A stretch of 30,433 bases of DNA. Source: Planctomycetota bacterium (GTDB taxonomy: Bacteria; Planctomycetota; GCA-002687715; DRQF01). Positions 7,623-15,794 of this stretch are shown here, piece by piece; positions within the stretch are counted from its first letter, which is position 1; every line of letters begins with the position of its first letter. Where the stretch lies: the NCBI GenBank assembly GCA_036479435.1, contig JAZGFI010000279.1:1-30433 (forward strand). Direction: 5' to 3'. The notes below the pieces were generated by a model that saw only the letters and a program-made list of their open reading frames with translations, was not told the DNA's origin and did not search any database. The position numbers and the translations under genes are program-made.

Positions 7623-8684
7623 TCAGGATAGCATGTCTCGAAGAATCCTTGCGGCGTCGGCATCGTCGCCTTGGCGCACCTGCTCAAGCGCCTCTTCAAC
7701 TCTGGCTAGGCTGAAAGCCGCGCCGGGGCCAGGGGAGCGGAGGAGGAGCGGTGAAAGGGCGGGAACCAATCTCGCTTCGTTGGCGTGCCAAAGTCTCTCG
7801 AAACGTCGATCCCCCGGGCGCAAAGCGGCCAGCTCAAAACGCAACCGCGATGGTTGGTAGCCCTGCTCCTGCGCGAGTTTCGTCGCCAACTGCCGAATCT
7901 CGATAGCAGGCCCCGGGTCGGCGGCCACCAAGTCTCCCGATTTACCAACGACCAAGGCCGCCAAGATCGCGTCCACGGCTTCGCGCGGCGAAATGAAGAA
8001 ACGAGTTGAGTCCTCGCCGTGGAGAGTCAGCGCTTCGTCGGCGGCCAAGGCGCGTTCAAAGCGCGGCAACACGCTTCCGGAACTCCCGAGCACATTGGCG
8101 AGGCGAATCGTCTTCCAGCTCGTCCCGCTCGCGCCGGACTCTGCCGCCCCTTGCAGCAGCCTTTCGGCTAGACGCTTGGTTTGACCCATGATGGCAGTGG
8201 GGTCCACCGCCTTGTCGCTCGACACAAAAAGCGCCTCGGCCGGCATCAGTCTTTCGACGGCGCGCGCCATCGCCAAGGCGGCACCGACGTTGTTGAGGAA
8301 TGCCGTGCGAGCGTTGGCTTCCAGCAAGGGCACGTGCTTGTGGGCGGCGGCGTGAATGATGAGATCGCAAGGCTCGTTCGCTTGCGACGGCAGCCAAGCC
8401 GAAGGATCGCAGCAATCGGCAAGGCGCAGGGTCAAGCGATTGCGGTGGGAGGTCCCGAAGCGTTGAGAAAGCTCGTAGAGGCCCGCCTCGCTGTGGTCGA
8501 CGGCGATGAGTTCGAGGATGTCTTCTTGCAGCAATCGATCGCAAAGACTGGACCCAATGCTGCCGCCAGCTCCGGTGACGAGGATACGGCGGCCGTTCAG
8601 GCGCGGTGATACAGCGCTAAGATCTAGACGATTTTCCTCGCGCCCGAGAAGGGCCAGCGTGCGTTGTGGATTCCAAGCCGTCAC
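7623..8684 (-). CDS. CapD/PglF-like nucleotide-sugar 4,6-dehydratase (catalytic domain only)
   Basis: 'ILVTGAGGSIGS', 'IIHAAAHKHVPLLE', 'SSDKAVDPTAIMGQTKR', 'NVLGSSGSVLPRF', 'LRPGD'; no N-terminal membrane domain. Confidence 0.85.
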   Translation of the reverse strand: MTAWNPQRTLALLGREENRLDLSAVSPRLNGRRILVTGAGGSIGSSLCDRLLQEDILELIAVDHSEAGLYELSQRFGTSHRNRLTLRLADCCDPSAWLPSQANEPCDLIIHAAAHKHVPLLEANARTAFLNNVGAALAMARAVERLMPAEALFVSSDKAVDPTAIMGQTKRLAERLLQGAAESGASGTSWKTIRLANVLGSSGSVLPRFERALAADEALTLHGEDSTRFFISPREAVDAILAALVVGKSGDLVAADPGPAIEIRQLATKLAQEQGYQPSRLRFELAALRPGDRRFERLWHANEARLVPALSPLLLRSPGPGAAFSLARVEEALEQVRQGDDADAARILRDMLS

Positions 8685-9334
8685 GGCTGATCCTTGCGGC
8701 CGGGTCGAATGAGGGCGACGCCAGTTTGCAGGAGCACCGCAAGATCGCGGCAGAAATTGCGCCGGAGTTTATAGCGTGCTGACAAGGCCAGTTTTTTGGG
8801 CAACAAATGTTCGCGATAAAAGGCCTCCGGGTCGTCCACTCCTCTGAGGATTTCGGCCTCGTCGAGCGACGCCAAAGTTGCAGGGTCTGTGAGCCCCGGT
8901 CGCACCGAAAGCAGTAGCGGCAAATGTGGGCCGTAGTCCGCGAGGAAACACGGCAACTCGGGCCGCGGCCCAACAAAGGACATTTGCCCGACGAGAATAT
9001 TCAGCATCTGCGGCCATTCGTCGATGCGGTAGCGCCGAACCCCCCCCCCGATCTTCGTGACGCGCGCATCGTCAGCTGCGGTCAAACCAGGCCCTGCCTG
9101 TCGGTTCATCGTGCGCAGCTTGTAGACCAGGAAAAAAGTGCCGTTTCGCCCGACGCGGGATTGGAAAAAAAACGCGGGGCCGCCGCCGCCACAACGGATC
9201 ACCAGAACGGTCAAGGCGAACAGTGGTAACAGCGATAAGAGCAAGGCGGCGGCCAAGCCAGTATCGAACAGGCGACAGATTGGGCGAAATCGCCCCCTCT
9301 CAAGATGGAGTAAGTCTTGCGGCAAAGCCATCAA
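8681..9334 (-). CDS. Bacterial sugar transferase (PglC/WbaP-type priming phosphoglycosyl transferase)
   Basis: 'RLFD', single hydrophobic segment, 'QSRVGRNG', 'YKLRTM', 'IDEWPQMLNILVGQMSFVGPRPE', 'VRPGLT'. Confidence 0.9.
   Translation of the reverse strand: MMALPQDLLHLERGRFRPICRLFDTGLAAALLLSLLPLFALTVLVIRCGGGGPAFFFQSRVGRNGTFFLVYKLRTMNRQAGPGLTAADDARVTKIGGGVRRYRIDEWPQMLNILVGQMSFVGPRPELPCFLADYGPHLPLLLSVRPGLTDPATLASLDEAEILRGVDDPEAFYREHLLPKKLALSARYKLRRNFCRDLAVLLQTGVALIRPGRKDQP
9040..9049 (-). repeat. G10 homopolymer tract inside the sugar-transferase CDS
   Basis: Ten consecutive C on the + strand; the coding strand reads ATC GGG GGG GGG GTT (I-G-G-G-V), currently in frame. Confidence 0.9.
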
Positions 9335-10521
9335 GACCGACTCCCCTTAGCCGATCGTCGATCGAGTTGCTTACGCAAACAAGTGATGACGCGATCGACC
9401 TGCGAGGCTTTTAGGCCGGGAAATAGCGGCAGGCTGAACACGCTTCGACCGCGCGCTTCGGCGATCGGAAACGACAGCTCGGGCTGTTCTTTTCTCCAGA
9501 TACTCATTTCGTGGAGAGGCTTGAAGTGCACCGACGTTTGGATGCCTTCGGCGCCCAATGCCAACAACAGGTCGTCGCGATGAACGGCGCTTTCGTCGTC
9601 CCGAAAACGCGGGCTAAAGAGGTGCCAGGCGTGGCGGCTGTTCTCAGGCTCAGGATCGGCGGGCAACTCCAGGCATTCAAGATCGGCCAGGCCTTCTCGG
9701 TACTGAGCGACAAGCTCGCGACGCTGGGCCTGAAAAGTCTCGACGCGCCCCAACTGGACCAAGCCGATGGCGGACAAGACATCGCTGGGATTGACTTTGA
9801 GTCCGTGGCGATGAAGGTCGTAGGCCCACGGTCTCGACTTGCCGTCGCGGCTCCAACTGTCGCGATCTAGCCCGTGGTTGCGCAAAGAGCGAAGTTCCTC
9901 GATGAGCTTTGGGTCCTCCGCGCACACCATGCCTCCTTCGCCCATCGTCAGGTTCTTAGAGGCATAGAAAGAAAAACAGGCCGCCGCGGTTTTTGTGCCC
10001 GGGGCCCCAAGTTCGCTTTTGGTTTCGAAGGCGTGTGCCGCGTCTTCGATGATCTTGAGGTCGTGCTTTTGGGCCAAAGCCACGAACTTAGCCATTTCCG
10101 CGGGGTGACCTCCAACGTGGACGACCACGATGGCTTTGGTGCGAGCCGTGATGGCGGCGGCGGCCGCTGCGGGGCAAAGATTGCCGGTGCCCAAGTCGAT
10201 ATCGGCGAAGATCGCTACGGCGCCGACGGCCGTGATGGCCTGCGCGGTGGCGGCAAAGGTGTAGGGCGTGGTGATGACTTCATCGCCTTGGGAGATCCCA
10301 ATCCCAAGCAAGGCGAGCGTCATGGCACTCGTGCCCGATGTCGTGGCGGCGCAGGATTTATCGCCACCTCCCAAATAAGCCGCTGCCGCCCGCTCGAATT
10401 CTGCGCTTACCGGTCCCGTCGTGAGCCAGCCAGAGCGGATGACCGCCGCGGCCGCTTCGACTTCTTCTTCGCCCAAAAAGGGCCGATGGAAGGGGATGGT
10501 CACATCTGAGGGATCAGGCAT
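9331..10521 (-). CDS. DegT/DnrJ/EryC1/StrS family PLP-dependent sugar aminotransferase
   Basis: 'IPFHRP', 'SGWLTTGP', 'GDEVITTPYTFAAT', 'IIEDAAHA', 'FSFYASKNLTMGEGG' (PLP Lys); start at ATG 10521 overlapping the upstream stop. Confidence 0.92.
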   Translation of the reverse strand: MPDPSDVTIPFHRPFLGEEEVEAAAAVIRSGWLTTGPVSAEFERAAAAYLGGGDKSCAATTSGTSAMTLALLGIGISQGDEVITTPYTFAATAQAITAVGAVAIFADIDLGTGNLCPAAAAAAITARTKAIVVVHVGGHPAEMAKFVALAQKHDLKIIEDAAHAFETKSELGAPGTKTAAACFSFYASKNLTMGEGGMVCAEDPKLIEELRSLRNHGLDRDSWSRDGKSRPWAYDLHRHGLKVNPSDVLSAIGLVQLGRVETFQAQRRELVAQYREGLADLECLELPADPEPENSRHAWHLFSPRFRDDESAVHRDDLLLALGAEGIQTSVHFKPLHEMSIWRKEQPELSFPIAEARGRSVFSLPLFPGLKASQVDRVITCLRKQLDRRSAKGSRS

Positions 10522-12322
10522 GTTGCGTGAGGATGTCCGGTGATTTCTGGTTTCGGTACAGCAAAAACTCGTGGCTCGCAAAGGCCGAAGTCGTCGTCAA
10601 AAAAGCACTGGCCTGTCGCCAGCACTTGCCTTTGCCCTCGGTCCTAGTCTGCGCCGCAATGCCCACTCGTTGCCGTTGCCAAGCTGGGCCCCAGAGCTCC
10701 TCAAATTCAGCTCGGTTGACGGGGTGCCAGGCTCGGCCAGGGACCGGCAGTCGAAGGTCATAGATCAGGATAATACCACCGGGTGCCACCACGCGTTGCG
10801 CCTCGGTCAGCAGTTTCGCTCGCTGGTCTTGGTCCAAAATGGAACTGAGAACCGTCGCCAACACCAAAAACTCAAAGGAAGAATCGGCGAAGGGAAGAGC
10901 CTGTCCCGAAGCTCGTGCGAGGAAGATCGGGCCGAGCCGTCGACGGGAACGCTGGAGGCGATCGCAGGAAAGGTCCACGCCGTAGTAGTCGACACTTCGA
11001 CCGGCCAAGTCAATGAAGTCGCGGGCGAAATCACCCTTGCCGATTCCCACTTCGAGCCCGCAGCCCATAGTTGATGCATGCAGGCCGGAATTTCCAAGGA
11101 GCGTGGCGAGGGCGCGGCGGCGGCGCTTGCCCTCTTCTTGGTCCGGATAGCGGGCGTTTGAGATGGACTGATCACGATCGGCAACCAGCCGGCCTTGAAT
11201 CTCGTCTTCGCCGCCAACGCCGACGGCCGGGATTTGCGGGGCCGGACGCATGGGGCCGCGCAGGACCCCGCAGAGAAAACCCATTCCGTAGGAAAACTGT
11301 TGGACGGCCGCGACGGCGATGACGACGGCGGCAAGAGAAATTCTGTGCCTCTGGCGGCGAACTCGCCGCGCCACTTTCAGATTGAGCAACAGCCAAAGGG
11401 CGCCGAGTAGTGATAGGGCAAGGCCGGCGGCGCTCGATAAAAACGCGGCGACGCCGAGGAGAGCCGTTGCCAACACCAAGGCGAAAGGGGCTAAGTGGCG
11501 AAGCCGAATCTCCTGCGGATAGCGCCACAAAACACGCGGTTTCCAAAGGCCAAACCCGAAGTACTGCTTCGCCACGGCAAGCAGCGAGGTGCGGGCTTCG
11601 TAGTGCGAAGCAAGAAGGGGATCAAGCATGACCTGACCGACGCGACGGCGCAGCCGGAACGAAAATTCGTCGTCTTGGTTGCGCGCCAAAGACTCGTCGA
11701 ATCCACCGAGCCGCGAAAAAGCTTCACGCGGCCAAGAGCCGAGGTAGACGGTGTCGACTTCGCGAGGGTTGACCGCCATCTCATGAGCGGCCGTTCCTTG
11801 GGCGCGGTAGGACGCTCCTCCGCTCGCGATGGGGTCGGCCGAAATCGCAGCGATGGCCTCAGCGATCTGTCCGTTTCCCTGTGGTCGCTGCGCGCCGCCG
11901 ATGCAGATGAGGGGGGAGGGCTCGTCATCACGGTTTTTGAACTTGAAGGTTCTCGCGGCGAAGAAACGATCGATCCGTCCCAAGTAGTCCGGGGCGATGC
12001 GAGTCCGGGCATCGACGCGAACGATGATCTTTCCGCGCGCTGACCTAAGCCCGCAGTTTAAAGCCGCGGCGGCGCTGCGGCCGGGGTGGACCAAGTGCCG
12101 GAGCCGGTCGTCCTCAAAGCCTGCAACTTGCGCCGCTGTGTTGTCAGGGCTTTGGCCCTCGATGATCAAGACCTCGAAAGAGGGTGCTGACTCATCGTGC
12201 GCCAAGATCGAGTCCAGACAGGCGCTGAGACGAGCGCGCTCATCCCACACCGGGATCAGGACCGAGATGCCGATCTCGGCCGATGATTTTTCTTTTGAGT
12301 TTCCTGTCGCGGCTGCATTCAT
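10514..12322 (-). CDS. GT2 glycosyltransferase (ExoA-like) fused to a C-terminal class I SAM-dependent methyltransferase
   Basis: N-terminal: 'ISVLIPV', 'LNCG', 'IVRVDA', 'VDTVYLG', 'GGFDESLARNQDDEF', then TM helices. C-terminal: 'LEVGIGKG', 'GVDLS', 'LPFADSSFE', 'RVVAPGGIILIYD'. One uninterrupted ORF. Confidence 0.85.
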   Translation of the reverse strand: MNAAATGNSKEKSSAEIGISVLIPVWDERARLSACLDSILAHDESAPSFEVLIIEGQSPDNTAAQVAGFEDDRLRHLVHPGRSAAAALNCGLRSARGKIIVRVDARTRIAPDYLGRIDRFFAARTFKFKNRDDEPSPLICIGGAQRPQGNGQIAEAIAAISADPIASGGASYRAQGTAAHEMAVNPREVDTVYLGSWPREAFSRLGGFDESLARNQDDEFSFRLRRRVGQVMLDPLLASHYEARTSLLAVAKQYFGFGLWKPRVLWRYPQEIRLRHLAPFALVLATALLGVAAFLSSAAGLALSLLGALWLLLNLKVARRVRRQRHRISLAAVVIAVAAVQQFSYGMGFLCGVLRGPMRPAPQIPAVGVGGEDEIQGRLVADRDQSISNARYPDQEEGKRRRRALATLLGNSGLHASTMGCGLEVGIGKGDFARDFIDLAGRSVDYYGVDLSCDRLQRSRRRLGPIFLARASGQALPFADSSFEFLVLATVLSSILDQDQRAKLLTEAQRVVAPGGIILIYDLRLPVPGRAWHPVNRAEFEELWGPAWQRQRVGIAAQTRTEGKGKCWRQASAFLTTTSAFASHEFLLYRNQKSPDILTQHA

Positions 12323-12376
12323 GGTCTCAGTGTAGCCAAGCTCACGCTATCTGTAATATTGCCGAGTTGGCGCATC

Positions 12377-12405
12377 TTGAAACCCATCCCCCTCTCGACC
12401 ATAGT
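12377..12405 (+). promoter_or_regulatory. Sigma70-like promoter for the cobalamin-riboswitch leader
   Basis: TTGAAA (12377-12382)-N17-CATAGT (12400-12405); the predicted start (~12412) falls just before riboswitch P1. Confidence 0.55.
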
Positions 12406-12414
12406 GCAGCCAAC

Positions 12415-12592
12415 GCTTTCGGAATCCAGGGAAGGTGGTGCAAATCCACCGCGGTCCCGCCGCTGTAAGTGGGGACGAGAGCGACCCGGTCATGATCATT
12501 CTATCTGGTCATGGCTGTTCAGCCACTGCGCTTAGCGTGGGAAGGCGGTCGCTTAAGGACGAACCACAAGCCAGAACACCTGATTCGAAAGC
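12415..12592 (+). ncRNA. Cobalamin (B12) riboswitch, AdoCbl/class-I-like with peripheral extension
   Basis: Conserved elements in the correct order: AGGGAA (12428-12433), GGTG-CAAAT-CC T-loop hairpin, CCCGCCGCTGTAA, GCCACTG (12522-12528), GGGAAGGC, B12-box AAGCCAGAACACCTG (12568-12582); closing stem GCTTTCGGAATC / GATTCGAAAGC. Confidence 0.93.
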
Positions 12593-12663
12593 TTCGCGAC
12601 CGAACCCCCGGGCACTTGGGGTTGGTGGCGCAGCTTCGTCGACAGGTCTCTTTGCGAAAAGAA

Positions 12664-12768
12664 CTCCTCGTCTTCAGCGCCGCGTTTCCGGCTTCTTCCC
12701 GACATTCGGTTATTGACCTGGTCCATTGCTTCTCGAGCACGCGTGATGCCGAGTTGTGAAGGAAGGAG
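12664..12768 (+). promoter_or_regulatory. Putative riboswitch expression platform: anti-Shine-Dalgarno / SD pairing
   Basis: CTCCTCGTCTTCA (12664-12676) is nearly complementary to TGAAGGAAGGAG (12757-12768), the RBS of the 12774 gene. No obvious intrinsic terminator lies between aptamer and gene. Confidence 0.45.
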
Positions 12769-12773
12769 CACTC

Positions 12774-13805
12774 ATGATTCGTTTTGCCTCCCAAGTTGTG
12801 TTGATTCTGGCCGTCTGCGTAACCCTCACCGCCGCGGCTTCGGCGCAAGCGCAGTTTGCGACTCAAGTCCTTAGCTTTAATCAAGGCGCCCTTGGCGGCG
12901 GGATTTTTAATCCCGCCAACGTCTTAGGCGGGCCCGATCCCAGCGATTTCCAGGGCGTTTTGAGCCTGGGTGAAGGTGGTGACGTAACCCTCGGTTTTGG
13001 GGTCACGATCGTTGACGGCCCTGGCGCTGACTTCAGCGTTTTTGAAAACGGCTTCGAGTTTCCCAGCGGCAGCGGCATGATTTTCTCTGAGGTGGTCTTC
13101 GTTGAGGTCTCGAGCAACGGCATCGACTTTGCTCGTTTCCCCACGACCTTTGGCGCGCCCTCCGTCCCGCACTTGCAGTTCAATGCGACGGCCATGGGAA
13201 GCTACGACGGCTTTGCCGGCGGCACCCCCGTTCTTGCCGACGTCGGGGTCAACTCCATCGATCCCGCCAACCCCGCGATCTCGGGTGGCGATGCCTTCGA
13301 TTTGGCGCGTTTGGCGAGCGATCCCCTGGTAACGAGCAACCTCGTGGACCTGCAGAACATCAGTTTTCTGCGTTTGGTGGACGTGGTGGCGGGGCAGGCG
13401 GTTGATTCTAGCGGCGTTACGGTCTACGACGATTTCGGCAGCCTTAATGATAGCGCCGACATCAACGCGGTTGCGGTTATCAACCACGCTGGAAACCAAA
13501 GCGCGCTCTCGCCGGATATCGTGATCGACTACGACGCCTTGGGCCGTATCGAAATCACGATCTTTGACCCGAGCGGCCTCGGCGCTCTGGTTTCGAGCAG
13601 CTTTATTCTCAGCGCGAATTTCATTCCGCTGACGACGACGCAGATCGCCCAGTTCTTTGATCTGGTCTCGATCCTTCCCAACGAGATCACCCTCCGCAGC
13701 AAGTTCGTGATTCCGGGCTCAACGATCCCGACTTTGGTCTTGGGCTCTTCAATTGAAAACCTGAGCCAAAAGAAAGTTGCGGCGCAGTTCTCGGTGCAAC
13801 CCTAA
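12774..13805 (+). CDS. Secreted cell-surface protein under B12-riboswitch control; candidate cobalamin-binding protein
   Basis: Sec signal ending ASAQA; motifs 'SLGEGGDVTLGF…DGPGADFSVFENGF…EVVFVEVSSNGIDFARFP…GGDAFDL…ISFLRLVD'; strong RBS AAGGAG. Confidence 0.75.
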   Translation: MIRFASQVVLILAVCVTLTAAASAQAQFATQVLSFNQGALGGGIFNPANVLGGPDPSDFQGVLSLGEGGDVTLGFGVTIVDGPGADFSVFENGFEFPSGSGMIFSEVVFVEVSSNGIDFARFPTTFGAPSVPHLQFNATAMGSYDGFAGGTPVLADVGVNSIDPANPAISGGDAFDLARLASDPLVTSNLVDLQNISFLRLVDVVAGQAVDSSGVTVYDDFGSLNDSADINAVAVINHAGNQSALSPDIVIDYDALGRIEITIFDPSGLGALVSSSFILSANFIPLTTTQIAQFFDLVSILPNEITLRSKFVIPGSTIPTLVLGSSIENLSQKKVAAQFSVQP

Positions 13806-15538
13806 TGAGAAACCTCGACGCTCTGTCGTTCTTTGCGGGGCTTTCGCTCTTTTTTGCGACTTGGCTACCGGCACAACACGTCTTGCTTGAGACGGCGGGC
13901 CAGGTCGGCGGAGAGCGTCGAGGTGCATCCTTGGCCGTCGTCGGCGATCTTGACGGCGACGGTTTTTCAGATTTCCTGCTCGGCACATCCCACAACCGAG
14001 TCGATTTGGTTTCTGGCGGAGACGGTTCGCTGATTCAGAGTTTCTTCGGGGATAGCCCTGGCGATGACTTCGGCGTGAGTGTCGTTGCTTTGGGCGATGT
14101 TGATTTCGACGGTTTTGGCGACTTCGCCATCGGTGCTTCGCAGCGCTCAAGCGGCGGGGCCGGCTACGTTCGAGTGTTCTCGGGAGGGCCGCGGCTGGCA
14201 CTCTACACGCATGGCGGCAACATGCCGGGGGATCGTTTCGGCGAGACTCTGGCTCTGCTCGGCGACGTTAGCCAAAACGGCATCCCCGATTTCGGCGTCG
14301 GGGCTCCGACGGCGGAACACGGCGGTAATCAGGTCGGAGACGTAACGGTTTACGACGGACTAACGGGGTTCTTAGTTCACAGCCTGGTGGGCATCGCGAG
14401 CGGAGATTTTTTCGGCACTGCGATGACGGGCCCCGGCGACCTCGACGGTGACGGCTTTGATGACATTCTCGTTGGAGCGCCGATCGCCAACGTGGTCGGT
14501 GGATCTTTCTTCGGCGGTTTTGGCGGCGTCTATTTGTATTCGGGGCTCAGCGGAAATCTGTTGAGCCAATGGGCAGGTGACAATCCAGACGATGCTTTCG
14601 GCGCCTCCTTAGCCGCACTAGGCGATGCCGACTTCGATGGCGTGGCCGAGTTCGCGGTGGGCATGCCGGGTTTCGATCAAGGCGGTTTCAATGCGGGAGC
14701 CGTTCGAATTCTGCAAATGAACGGGCCGGCCATTCAGACGATCGTTGGCAGTAGCGCGCAAGCGCGTTTTGGCTCGGTGCTTGCCGATGCGGTGGATCTC
14801 AATGGCGATCTGGTTCCCGAAATGTTCATTGGTTCGCCCGATTACAGTGGGGTCGCGCCGGCAAGCGGTCGCCTCGAAGTTTTCACGCCCTTGTTGCAGG
14901 CGAACTTTTGGCAGATCGATGGCGATGTTGTGTTCGGGAACATGGGGGCCGCCTTTTGTGCCGCCGACTTCGATGGTGACGGCTTGATCGAAGTGGCGGT
15001 GGCGGAGCCAGGAGCCGGCAGTCCGCTGGCATCAGGGCGTGTCCGTGTTTTTGGCGTGGAACGTGTTCTCGGTCCGGCGGCGCAAAGCCGCGTCGAAGAT
15101 TTAGGCGGCGATCGTGAAGACGTCCTTTTTGTGAACGGTTCCGCTGGAGGCGGAGCGCGCCGGGTCGACTTGTCTCCTTTGGAGTCTTTCCAAGTTGAGG
15201 TGGCGCAACCCAGTGCCAACGCGACCCCGGCGAGGTTCGTCCTTTTCGGCGTGATTGCGCGGCCGCGTTTCCACGATGCCTTTCCCTTGCCTTTAGGTTT
15301 GGGAGCGATGGCCTTTCCGCCCTGTGCCTTGCTTCCGAGTGCCGAGCCGACTTTGTTCGTGGTTGCTGACACGATCGGGGGCATGGCTTGCACACCCTTG
15401 GTCGTAGCCAGCCCCGCTCCATGGAGTGTCTTGGCCGGAGGGATCGCCTTTTCCGCCAGCTACACTCTGCAAGCGGTCATTGAAGAACAGCCAGGACAAC
15501 TCAAAGTTAGCAACGGGATCTTGATCCGCGTCTTGTGA
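13805..15538 (+). CDS. Secreted integrin-alpha-like FG-GAP seven-bladed β-propeller protein with a C-terminal domain
   Basis: Signal peptide; seven FG-GAP repeats with DxDxDG-type loops (GDLDGDG, GDVDFDG, GDVSQNG, GDLDGDG, GDADFDG, VDLNGDL, ADFDGDG); TAATG coupling with the upstream gene. Confidence 0.88.
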   Translation: MRNLDALSFFAGLSLFFATWLPAQHVLLETAGQVGGERRGASLAVVGDLDGDGFSDFLLGTSHNRVDLVSGGDGSLIQSFFGDSPGDDFGVSVVALGDVDFDGFGDFAIGASQRSSGGAGYVRVFSGGPRLALYTHGGNMPGDRFGETLALLGDVSQNGIPDFGVGAPTAEHGGNQVGDVTVYDGLTGFLVHSLVGIASGDFFGTAMTGPGDLDGDGFDDILVGAPIANVVGGSFFGGFGGVYLYSGLSGNLLSQWAGDNPDDAFGASLAALGDADFDGVAEFAVGMPGFDQGGFNAGAVRILQMNGPAIQTIVGSSAQARFGSVLADAVDLNGDLVPEMFIGSPDYSGVAPASGRLEVFTPLLQANFWQIDGDVVFGNMGAAFCAADFDGDGLIEVAVAEPGAGSPLASGRVRVFGVERVLGPAAQSRVEDLGGDREDVLFVNGSAGGGARRVDLSPLESFQVEVAQPSANATPARFVLFGVIARPRFHDAFPLPLGLGAMAFPPCALLPSAEPTLFVVADTIGGMACTPLVVASPAPWSVLAGGIAFSASYTLQAVIEEQPGQLKVSNGILIRVL

Positions 15539-15615
15539 ACGCGGTGTTGATCCGCGTTCTGTAAACGGGATCTTGATCCGCGTTCTGTAAACGGGATCTT
15601 AATCCGCGTTCTGTA
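15512..15615 (+). repeat. Tandem repeat, 4 x 26 bp (consensus AACGGGATCTTGATCCGCGTTCTGTA), each unit self-complementary
   Basis: Units start at 15512, 15538, 15564 and 15590; unit 1 is the last 8 codons and stop of the FG-GAP gene. Confidence 0.92.
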
Positions 15616-15794
15616 GACATGGTGCCAACCCATCTTGTTCAACTCAGAGCCGTTTTGAGTTTCATGCCAAGCTGAAGTCCCTTAGGAGTAAAGTCTTGCG
15701 GGCGACGCGGCTAAGCGCGCGGGCCGAAGCCGACTATCGCCTTCGAGCCAGCGCCTAAGACTGATAGAGTGTGGCTCACCGACGAGGTATCCCG

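Noticed and set aside
12435..12884. Small ORFs in the 12.4-12.9 kb intergenic region
   Set aside because: The region is explained by the cobalamin riboswitch and its expression platform.
15512..15615. CRISPR array
   Set aside because: The palindromic 26-bp units are directly adjacent with no unique spacers, there are no cas genes, and unit 1 is coding sequence.
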